NCBI GenBank assembly: GCA_015680685.1
Contig: MNCI01002155.1
Location: 249,770 to 313,769 of the forward strand
Source of the DNA: Gnetum montanum
Lineage: Eukaryota; Plantae; Gnetophyta
Direction: 5' to 3'
Length of the DNA stretch: 64,000 nucleotides
Shown here piece after piece: positions 28,358 through 39,479 of the stretch; the stretch's first letter is position 1, and each line of letters starts with the position of its first letter. Below the pieces are notes generated by a model. It saw only the letters and a program-made list of their open reading frames with translations. It ran no database searches and was not told the origin of the DNA. A program made the position numbers and the translations under genes.

Positions 28358-29198
28358 NNNNNNNNNNNNNNNNNNNNNNNNNNNNNNNNNNNNNNNNNNN
28401 NNNNNNNNNNNNNNNNNNNNNNNNNNNNNNNNNNNNNNNNNNNNNNNNNNNNNNNNNNNNNNNNNNNNNNNNNNNNNNNNNNNNNNNNNNNNNNNNNNNN
28501 NNNNNNNNNNNNNNNNNNNNNNNNNNNNNNNNNNNNNNNNNNNNNNNNNNNNNNNNNNNNNNNNNNNNNNNNNNNNNNNNNNNNNNNNNNNNNNNNNNNN
28601 NNNNNNNNNNNNNNNNNNNNNNNNNNNNNNNNNNNNNNNNNNNNNNNNNNNNNNNNNNNNNNNNNNNNNNNNNNNNNNNNNNNNNNNNNNNNNNNNNNNN
28701 NNNNNNNNNNNNNNNNNNNNNNNNNNNNNNNNNNNNNNNNNNNNNNNNNNNNNNNNNNNNNNNNNNNNNNNNNNNNNNNNNNNNNNNNNNNNNNNNNNNN
28801 NNNNNNNNNNNNNNNNNNNNNNNNNNNNNNNNNNNNNNNNNNNNNNNNNNNNNNNNNNNNNNNNNNNNNNNNNNNNNNNNNNNNNNNNNNNNNNNNNNNN
28901 NNNNNNNNNNNNNNNNNNNNNNNNNNNNNNNNNNNNNNNNNNNNNNNNNNNNNNNNNNNNNNNNNNNNNNNNNNNNNNNNNNNNNNNNNNNNNNNNNNNN
29001 NNNNNNNNNNNNNNNNNNNNNNNNNNNNNNNNNNNNNNNNNNNNNNNNNNNNNNNNNNNNNNNNNNNNNNNNNNNNNNNNNNNNNNNNNNNNNNNNNNNN
29101 NNNNNNNNNNNNNNNNNNNNNNNNNNNNNNNNNNNNNNNNNNNNNNNNNNNNNNNNNNNNNNNNNNNNNNNNNNNNNNNNNNNNNNNNNNNNNNNNNG
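28358..29198. other. Assembly gap (841 N) inside element B
   Basis: Run of N. Confidence 1.
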
Positions 29199-32100
29199 GA
29201 ACACTTGGAATGGAGCAATGCTGAAGTAGCTATGCAAGGAGCAAGATCGATGGCACACTTATGGATGGACAATGAAAGGCACAATCTTGGCATTGGTAGC
29301 AGCAACACTTCTTTCTCTCTCTCTCTTTCTCAGCTACCAAATGAGGCCTGATGTCAATGTAATAAGGTGTTCACCCTTGTTCTCATGAATACCAGTTTTG
29401 TTATGTCTTGTAATGATGATTCATTCACATGTCATCCCATTAGTTCCATTTGAGTCAATAATCCCATACCTTCCCGATATTATTGTAAGGAACTCGAGGA
29501 TAAGTTTTCATTTAGTCATGGGGGTATGATGGAACGTGATATCGCATGGGCCGCGATATTGCGTCGTCCCCCACGATATCGCAGTGCGCCATCATATCTA
29601 TAAATAAGAGGCGGCTCTCCCTTTTTTCATCATCCTAGGCTTAGACCATAGTGAAACTCTAGAAGATTGATCACTCCAGAGATAGAATATTTTCCATGTG
29701 CTCATAGTAGGAGTCCTAAAGTGAACAGATCTTTATTCGAGCAAACATTGTACCTGAACACAAGTTTGTGTACGGTAATAAAGATGATCTTCTTAGATAA
29801 ACCTTGAAGTGCATGGAATAGGATAATTAGGATTTATTTATTGTTATTTACTATTTTCCATTTAAATTCTTTATTAGTTGTTAAATATTTCTCAACCCTT
29901 TTCTCCTAGTTAAGTACCTCAGTACGACCGCTTCGAGTACATGCGTTACACATGGTGATCCCTGCAACAACTAGCGTTTGGTAACCACGGTTGCATTGGT
30001 TCAGGGTGTGAATGGTAAGTGGGAATGGATGCTGACGCTAGGTTAATTCAGACTTAGTTAGTTAGTTAGAGTTAGTAATTAGTCTCTTCAACCCTTCACC
30101 TCTCAGCATAGGAGATAAAATAGAAAAAGCTATAAAAATCATATACCTCAAACTTACTTAACCATACACCATGACAAATACAAGTAAGTTTGGGAAGACA
30201 ACGAATAATTAACCTTAAGTGTTCCATGAGGCATGTAGGCACTTAGTCTACGAAGTTTGACTAGATCGCACATGTTACGCTCATATTCGTATGGTTGAGT
30301 ATAGGGGTACCTCACCACTCATCAATTAACAATACAATGGAGACTAAACTCATAAATATATGTGTCAAAATAGAAACTTTAGATGGTAATAAAACATTTT
30401 ATTTGAGGGATCTACATAAAAGTTAGATCAAGGTATGAGGGTTGCATGAATAGTTGGAGCACATTAGGCTATTGGTAACATGTCACAATCACTCTAGAGG
30501 TGTAGATCAAGCACTTGTAGGTTAAATTATTCTAGGCATGTAAAGTTGGCTAAGAAGACATGTTCATGAAAGATGACTTAGAGTAATAAATTAGAATGTT
30601 GAAGCATCTATCCCAAGAGTTGAAAAGAATGAGTCAAAAAAGAAGAAAAAGTACTCTTCATTTTCTAGCAAGTATGAAGGTTTGAAGATGAGAGTTAGAT
30701 CATGGTCTAATTTTAGGACAAGTATCTTCATACAAAGAAAAAGCATTGGAAATTATGATAGGAGCTGAAAAACAAAAAGATTGCAAGGAAAATCAAAAAT
30801 CTTAGAAATATTTATCTAATTGAGTAGGAAACATGGGATGTCGAGGTGCATAGAATGCATAAACATGTAACTCTACTAAATGAATGTATAACCATAGAGA
30901 AGCACAAGATGTAGGAGAAATTCAACACCTTACAAGACAAACTCTAACAAATGATTGCAAGTGAACCAACATTGTAGGAGAATATAGACCTATTGGAAAA
31001 CATGTACATTCTCTCCCACAAAGTAGTTATCATATTCCTTAAGAGAATACTCAAGGATATAGAAGAGGAGATGTACATGGAATAAAGAAGCTACCTTTAT
31101 GTGATTCAAATTTTTTCAAGTCAACCATACACGAAACTTAAGAAGAAACTACATCAAACAAAAGTTAAGTTGGATGTAGCTAAGCATAAGCTCTTGCAAG
31201 AAAAGAGGAGTTACAAGTAGTTCTAGGCCAATGTTGAGGAATAGTATTAAGAACTTCTATGAGATCAAGGACTAATGCATGAGCAAAACTGACAACTCCA
31301 AGCAAGGGAAATGGACCTTAAGTTATAACTCTAGAAATTTTAAATATCTACACCTAGTTTTTAGGCTTCTTCGTATACCATGCAAGCAAGTTAGGGGACT
31401 TCTCTTAGTTGCCACCCATGGTACTTCTTAATGAGATGGCTTATATTGTATTATATTCATGGTTTATCTATTTGTCCAATTTTGTTAATCCACATTGATC
31501 ATGTTATGTATCTTGTCCTAATTTTATGTCTTGGGTGTTAAAACTATGGGACTAACTTACTTAGTTGTGAAAGAATGATGAGTCATCCACTAACATTTTA
31601 TATGTTGATTGTAAGCCTTGGATTTAGGAAGTGTTTTATGCATCCTATGTTTATAGTGTAGCATGTTTGGTAGAGGTTCTTGGTCTTTCAAGGTGCATCC
31701 TTATCCCTTAGGTCATACTCTAAGATTATATACATGATTCCAAGCTCTCTAGGACAATTCTATCTTCATTCAAATTTCTTAGGGTCCTTTTGACATGTTT
31801 CATTTAGTTCTAGCTTATACTTGGAATTGAAAAGGTAAAGTGTAGGTTTGGAAGAGGGGGGTGGGGGGTGGGGTGGGGGGGTGGTGTTTGCAGGGGTGGG
31901 TGGGGGGCATGGGATGTGGTGCATTGATACAAGTGAAGTCAAGTAAATTAAGCCTATCAAGGGGACATTGACATACCCTCTAGTAGGCTTGGTTTACTTG
32001 AGTTCACCTCATGTATGTTAAGGGTTAGTTCAAGTTGCATTGATAAGCCTTTGTTGATGCCTAAGCATTGACAAATCCCTTCTCTTTCTATGTGAAAACT

Positions 32101-33939
32101 ATAAATACCTAGGATGAGCTCTTACAATTAACAACTTTATTCTTAATTTTTTCATTTGGCTTTTGGTACCTATCCCATGGTTAAACCTATTTATGATGTT
32201 TGGTGCTTGCTTATATAGGGTTTTGGGGCATAAATCTTACTACAAATTGACTTGATTGTAGCTATAAATTGGCGACAAATTTCTATTACGTTTTAGGTGG
32301 GATAGGTGCCAACATTTGGGAGATTACCATCTATAGTAAGTGTCATACCTACATGGCCATTCTATTTATTGAAAATAGTAATAGGAGGATGAAATCCATG
32401 TTGGGAGGATGGCTTCTATGCTAGGATAAAATCTTCCACATTAGCCATGAAGTTTTCATGCTAGGGGAAAGTCTTCCAAGCTGGGAGTAGATCTTCCATG
32501 TTGGGGGAAAATCTTCTAAGCTAGGAGGAAGTCTTCCACATTGAGCATGAAGTCTTCCACACTGAGAATGAAGTTTCCATGCTGAGCATGAAGTCTCCAC
32601 ACTAGGAGGAAGCCTTCCAAGTTGGGAACATATCTTCCATGCTGCAGGGAAGATCTTCTAGGCTAGGGGAAAGTATTCCATGCTAAGCATGCATTTTTAC
32701 ACTGGGCATATAGTCTCCATGCTAGGGGAAAAGTTTCCATGCTGAGGGGGAATGTTATACCCCTCCATGCTAAGGGTAGGTGAGATCGATCCCTTGTTGG
32801 TGTTTCTAGTATAGAAAAGTGTATACCCACAATAAAACCCATCAAATTGTCATTTTTGACATCCCCAAGCCAAAATATAGACACTATGTGCCTTTTTTCA
32901 CTTGTTGAATGAGGCTTTGACAACCTATGAGGAATTTTTTAGTTCCAAAAGTGTAAAGCACGTGAGATTGGACCCCATGAATTATAATCCTCACATTTAC
33001 AATGAAGTTTTACCTTGAGTTTCATGGGATGGAGTTACAAATTTTACAACATGCAAATTTGGTGGTGTTTCATTGGTCCCTCTTTGTTGGTGTCTAGAGG
33101 ATTGACCTAAGAGGCACTGACAAAGAATACAAAACATCACTATAGGTCCATTGTTAGCATTCCCTCTTTGTGCTTAATTCAGTCATGTCAAATCATGTTG
33201 AAGAGTGCTCATGATGATAGGGTAAGGCTATAATGAGGAAATGACAATGAGGTTATAAGGAAATGATTATGAGGATGAACAATGCATTCCAAGTGGTGAC
33301 ATCATAGCTATGGTAGTAACATGTTGCTCCATCAATAGGTTTTGGTGCTTCATGTTTTGAGATGTTGGTCACTTAGTGGATGTATTTAAGGACCCAACAT
33401 CTTGTTCCAAAGTTTCTTTAGCCTTTAAGATCCTCCCTTTGTATGTTTGGAGCCATTAATTTGTTCTCTTGGTCTTCATGGGTCATTTCAGCTTCTTAGT
33501 CGTTTCATTGGATTTATTTGCCAAGGCCAATTTGATTTTTTTTTCTTGTTGAATGAGATGTGTTACTTTCAACGGTCTTGATGGTGGAGCATGAAGAAGA
33601 AGATGTCATATGGCCACAATGCATGAGTGTCAAACATTGGTCAACACTACTATTTAGGATAAGGAAGGTTATATTTAGGCTATGGGATTGGGCTCAAAGA
33701 GAGGTAATGGGATGGAAATGACATAAGAACTCTTGACATAGTAAGACAAAATCATCAAATCTTGCACATTGAGGTCACATGATCACTTGCTACCTTGATG
33801 AGTTACACCACCATGATGACTCCAGGCTTCACCCTATACGCGCAACTCTAAGAGGACAAGAAAAGCAAGTAAAGAAAGCATGTTGTCACGTTACAATGCA
33901 TAAGGCCATGTAGAATGATGAAGAAAATCAAGCTTTCTA

Positions 33940-34095
33940 GGTCACCAATGTTGCCAATTTAAGGCCATGATGGACCATGTTGCCAATTTAAGGCCATGGC
34001 AGGCCATGGTGCTAGTTTAAAGTCATAGCAGATCATGGTACCAATTTAAGATCTCAAAAAGTCATATTGTTGGTTTAAGGCCTTGGCAGGCCATT
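33940..34095. repeat. ~29-bp tandem repeat (ccatgttgccaatttaaggccatggcagg); further clusters at ~35110-35200 and ~39010-39110
   Basis: About five units are directly visible. Confidence 0.75.
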
Positions 34096-37000
34096 GAAAG
34101 ATGTTCTTTTATTATGCTAAAAGATGTCATGCAGGCTTGTTTGTTGTAGAACTTTGAAATCGTCAACAATAATCATTCATTACAATCTATCAACAATAGT
34201 AAACAACACTACAACATGTGAGTGTTAGAAATGATTAAGGCTATGTGGTGGCTTTAATGTTGCATATTAAGGATTTGATGTAGTTATGATTAGGCTTGAG
34301 TTTTGATGAGGAACTTGGTCCTATGCATTTTCTTCTCACCATCATGGTTTAGATGGGAATTTTGAATAGGAGACCCTATGTGATGTTTCTAGCTTTAAGG
34401 TTAATGATCATTAGGCTACTTTGGGGTGTTATGACTATATAGTGCAATGGTTTCAAGGCTCAATGTTTGAGTAGATAAGGTCAACTTGGTCAACATCATG
34501 AGAGGGGCTTATTAAGGCTTTAAGTCCAATTGAATCCACTTTCTTATTCTCCTGGCTCATTCTTGCATGACAACATAAGCACATCAAGTGGCACTTGTGT
34601 AATAAAATGATAAAAATCGATAAAAATCAATAGAATAATGCCAACAATAATGCAAAATACCATGGTAATAATGCATAAATGAGACAACATGTTGAAACAA
34701 AAGCCATGCAAGTATCCAAGTAACGTCAACAAAGGCTATAAGGCAATACAACGTAATGTAGGGTGAAACATGGTTAAACACGATTACACTTTTTCCAATT
34801 TAAGGCCTTAGTGGGCCATAGTTACATGGTGTCAAATGATGATCAAGAATGGTCAAACCCCATCATCTAGCACTAATCATATGCTAAACAAGGTTAAACA
34901 TGGCCAATAAAGGTTACAAAGAATAGGTTGGAGCAAAAAAGGTGAAACAAAGGCCAAATGACGTAGGGTAGGGTCAAATGATGATCAAAAGAATATAAAA
35001 TGATGTTAAATAAGGTCAAGAAAGGTTAAAACATAGTGGGGACAAAGCCAAGAAAGATCAAATAAAATAAAGTAGACTACATATGGCCCAACATGATCAC
35101 AGAAGGTCACATTTTGCTAGTTTTAGAACTTGGTAGGCCACAATGATAGTTTAGAGTCTTAGCAGACTATGTTGCTAGTTTAAGGCCTTAGCAGGCCATG
35201 GTCACCTGGCGTTAAATGGTGGTCAAGGAAGGTTAAATCCCATCATTCAATACCAATCAAAGGTTAACCAAGGCTATACAGAGCTATAATAAGCATAATG
35301 AAATAAAAGTATTATTGAAGCTATATAAGGTCAACAATGCAACAATGGTCACAACAGGTCATGGCATGATAAAACAAGGCTAAAATAAGGAAAATTAGGA
35401 CACAGATGATGAATTTTGATCAAAACATGATAAAAAAGGGTTACATTTTTTCCATTTTTAGGCCTTAGAAAGCCATGTTTTAGGGTTACATGGCTGTTAG
35501 ATAAGTTTGAGCATCAATCAGGGTTGTTTTTGGGCTATTTGAACCTAAAAATCAAGGGTTTTAAGGCTTCCACGCTAGACCCCCCTTGTTTCCACTTTGG
35601 CCAACATGGAAGGGGTGACTCCTAGCATGGAAGAAACATCCAAAAAAATTTCCAAGCTTGTTTGGGTTAGTTTTCAACTCTTGATGGCTTGCAGTTTTAT
35701 GCAATTGACTAGGGAAGGGAATGGACTAGTTTTCATAGTAGTTTCAACCCTTGGCACCCCTTTTTGGAGCCTAAAAACATCTTCCATGCTAGGCATGGTG
35801 GCCCTAGCATGGAAACTAAGGAAAATGAATTTTATGGCATCAAGATTGTTGAAATCAAGGTTCCATGACCTTCCCAAGGTAGCACAGGGCTAGATCTATC
35901 AAAATTGAATAGTTTAGAGGTTAATAAAGGCCAAAAGGTAGGTTTTGGAGCTTAAACCCCCTATTTCCATGCTATCCAACATGGATGATAGGGGGCTAAG
36001 AATGGAGGATCAAAATCCAAGCCAAAATAGGATCAAACAAGGTCAAACTAGCAACTAACCCAGATCTGGAAGTTGTGCATCCCTTAGATTTGTTTTGAGG
36101 CTATTTGAGATAGTTTTAAGTGTTAAAATAAGTTGAAATTACTTGCCCCATTTTTTCCATGCTAGGCATGGTGACCCCAATGTGGAAGAATGGGGGTGCA
36201 CTTGTTCTATGATTTTGAGATGATTTGGGAAAACATAAACTAGGTTTCTAGGCTCTTAGGGCTATATATCATGATTTTCCAAGTTTGTGGCCAATTTTGG
36301 TCATGTGTGGATGCTATATGAGGTCATCTTAGGTTTCATCCCTTTCCCCTCTGTCCATGCTAGGAAAGGTAATCCAGCATGAAATATGGGGTTGGATGAG
36401 TTTTAAAGGCTAAACAAGGTCAAATGAATGCACACTTAAGGCTATGAGATTCTAGGCTTCTCTGATGTAGATTTTTTATGTTTGGGAGTGTTATCTTATC
36501 ATCAAAAGTGGAAATGCAACTTCATCCTCCTATTTCCACATTACCCAACATGGAAGGAACCTTCTCTAGCATGAATGGAACAATAATCCTAGATTTAGGC
36601 CAATTTGGGTCATAATAGACTATGCATGTTAGCTCCTAAAATTGTCAGGGTCATGGGCTAGGGTTTAAGGTCAAAATTTGGTAGTTTTGGATGTTCCTAA
36701 GTGATTTTTGGGCTCCCCCCCCCCTTTTTTTCTTACACTAGGGGTGGGGTGCCTAGCATGGATCCAACTAGGAAGATTAAGGAGGATAGTTTTTGGCTAT
36801 TTTAGATTAGTTTTGTAGGGTTTTAGGGCTCTAGAAGGTACAAACATGATTCTAGGATGCACACAAGGTTGTCTGGTATCTATTTGAGGTGTCTAAGGGT
36901 AATTTTTGAGTCATCCTCAAGTTATCCTCCTATCTCCATGTTGGCTAGTGTGGAAGAGGTGGCTCCCAACATGGAAGAACTAAGGAACTCTATATTTTGC

Positions 37001-37589
37001 TATTTTTATCACTTTTGGCCATGCATGTGGGTCTCCAAGATTGCTAGTGTTGATTGTTGATTCCCAAGGTCAAACTTTTATCATTTCAAGGGTGGTTAGG
37101 TGGTTTTTGAGCTTTACCCCCTCCATCCATGTTGGGGCTAGGATGTTGAAAATGGATGGGATCCTTCGCAGCATGGAGAATTGAAAGAAGGAAAGTTTGA
37201 GTTGATTTAGTTGACTTCTAGAAGTTTGGTAGCTTCCAAAAGGATTGGGTTGATTTTGGAAGTCAATTTCTATGGAAACTTCAACTATTTTGGCTTCACC
37301 CACCTCTATCCATTTATAGATTAGGATGCTTAACGTGGATGAGATCTTCCCTAATGTGGAATATCCTTATGGGGTTTATTTTTGTTGATTTTTAAAATTT
37401 TGGTGGCTTCCGGAAGGGCTGTCAAGGTTCTGGTGCAAGCACAAAGTAATTTGACATTGTTTTCATGCATTTGGGACTCCGAATTGACCTTCCTAATTAC
37501 ATCAACACTTTTTCCATGTTGGGTAGCATGGAAGAGATCTCCCCTAGTGTGGGTGAACCAAGAATGTCATATCTAGGCTAGTTTGGTAG

Positions 37590-38300
37590 CCAATTGACCA
37601 TGCATGTTGGCCAACAAGGTTGCCGATGTCGATGGTTAATACTTGGTGTCAAGCTTCATCAGTTTGGAGGCTCCTAGATACCTCATGTAATCAAACCCCC
37701 TTCTTTCACACTAAGCATGATGACCCTAGTGTGGATGAGAGGGAAATGTAAAATCTAGGATCTTTTTATAGCAAATAAAGCATGTTAGCCTTCAAGGTTG
37801 TTGATGTTGATGGTTGAGATTTGATGTTAAGATCCACTAGTTTGGAGGCTTCTAGGTGCCTCATGCAATCAATCCCCCTTATTACACATTGGGCATGGTG
37901 GCCATAGTGTGGATGAGAGGGAAATATTAAAGTCTAGGCTCTTTTGATAGCAAATCAACCATGCATGTTAGCCTTTGGGGTTGTTGGTGTTGATGGTTGA
38001 GATTTGGTATCAAAATCCTGTAGTTTGGAGGCTTCTAGGTGTCTCATGGAATCAACCCATTTCTTTCATGCTGGGCATGGTGGCCCCAACATGGATGAAG
38101 GGTAAATGTCATATCTAGGCTCTTTTAATAGTAAATTGACCATGCATGTTAGCCTTTGGGGTCACCAGTGTCAAGGATCAAGATTTGGTGTCAAAATCCA
38201 CTAGTTTAGAGGATCCTAGGTATCTCATGCAATCAACCCCCCTTTTCCATGTTGGGCATGATGGACCTAATGTGGATGAGAGGGAAATGTTAGATCTATA
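37590..38300. repeat. ~181-bp tandem repeat, four copies, in the 3' region of C
   Basis: catgcatgtt(a/g)gcc anchors at ~37600, ~37781, ~37960 and ~38141, with a conserved tttggaggct...caaccccc...gggcatggtggcc body. Confidence 0.85.
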
Positions 38301-39479
38301 CCATTTACAGTCAATCTTGGGATAACTAGAGGCTCAAGAAGGTTCTAACTAGGTCTAGAGGTCACTAAGGTAGGTTATTAGGCTATTTTTGGACATAAAC
38401 TAGGTTTTATTACATATCCCCTAAGCTTCCACACTAGCTCCACACTAGGTAGCATAGAGGAGAAGTTAACCACCATGGAGAAGATTTGAAACAAAAAAAA
38501 TGAATTATTGTTTGTCATTGTAGGCTTCCAGAAGCTTCCAAGGGGTCTTAAAGTCTAAAAATGATAACTGGGTGGTCAATTTTGGTAATTTATGATTTCC
38601 CCCATCCATCCATGCTAGATCCAAGATATGAAGCATGGATGAGCCTCTTCCCAATGTGGAACAGCTAGATCTAAAGGTTTTAGGCACTTCTGACTAGGTT
38701 GGGCAAGGTTTCGAGGTTATTAAGGATCATCAAAGGGGCTTAGGACTATGTGGGCCTACTTTAAGGTTGACATGGGGCTTGATGAGCACCAAAGGATAAG
38801 TATGGGTGTTACCCCTATTTTTCAATGTTGGATCCACATTGGGTAGGGTTGCCATAGTGTGGATGCCCCAAAGTGGCAAGTTCTACCAAGTTTTACCCCT
38901 TGTTAGGGTCTAGGGTTCATGCAATGTCAATGTTGACTACAAAGAATGGCAAGGGAGGTAAAGTTCTATGGTCATGATTGGTGCTTGGAACCCATTCCAA
39001 GGCTTATTTAAATGCCATTTTAAGGCATTGGTAGGCCATGATATTACCAATTTTAGACCTTGGTGGGTGTAGTTTTACTAGTTTTAGGCCTTGATGGGTC
39101 ATGTTGCCATACCTACCCAGCAAGTATGGGCTAAAGTCAAAAGGGCATATAAGAATAACATAAACCATGAAACATCGTATAAGTTTATGAAGGTGAAAAA
39201 GTTTTTTTTAGTAAGGGAATGGATAATACATCTATAATGCATTTGTTACTTAACCTTTGATAAATCAAAGGGTTTTCTTTGCATGATCAAACTCTCATCA
39301 TGCTCCTTGTTTGTAGTGGCAATTGAGAGGCACTTTTGTTGATCCCTTCATATTCTAGAGTTGGTGTTGTTTACATCATTGTTATTCTCATTGTTGTTGG
39401 CCCCAATCTAAGTGTTGAGGGTTTCCTCTTAAAACTCCACCTCTGAATCTTAGTCAGTGTTGACATAATTAACCAAAGG

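Larger units (their letters stand above)
22964..30324 (+). mobile_element. Athila-like LTR element B (gag-protease, no RT/RH/INT visible), complete with both LTRs
   Basis: LTRs 22964-23806 and 29527-30324 (TGAT...ATCA); TSD atcaa/attaa; PBS tggcgccattgctgggga at 23808 (Athila-type); PPT catgggggta at 29517-29526. Confidence 0.92.
21360..31330 (+). pseudogene. Element A ORF2 (env-like/plant-transposon-protein domain plus coiled coil), split by element B at 22964-30324
   Basis: E-V-x-x-FYQNI (~21821-21848) resembles the VREFYAN motif; YAFP*LI (~22242) resembles LPFPCLI of element D; E/K/Q-rich tail at 30330-31330. Confidence 0.6.
14348..32185 (+). mobile_element. Athila-like LTR element A (gag-protease plus ORF2, no RT/RH/INT), containing nested element B; 3' LTR truncated
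   Basis: Direct repeats 14348-~14860 and 31636-32185 (tagcatgttt.gtagaggttcttggtctt...). Purine-rich PPT-like tract before 31636. Gag is homologous to B, D and E. Confidence 0.75.

Noticed and set aside
28320-29351. Long ORFs of 296-343 aa in the ORF track
   Set aside because: They are artefacts of translating through the N gap.
33200-33900. Extra ORF in the 3' region of element C
   Set aside because: Only short protein-like stretches with many stops and no recognisable motif.
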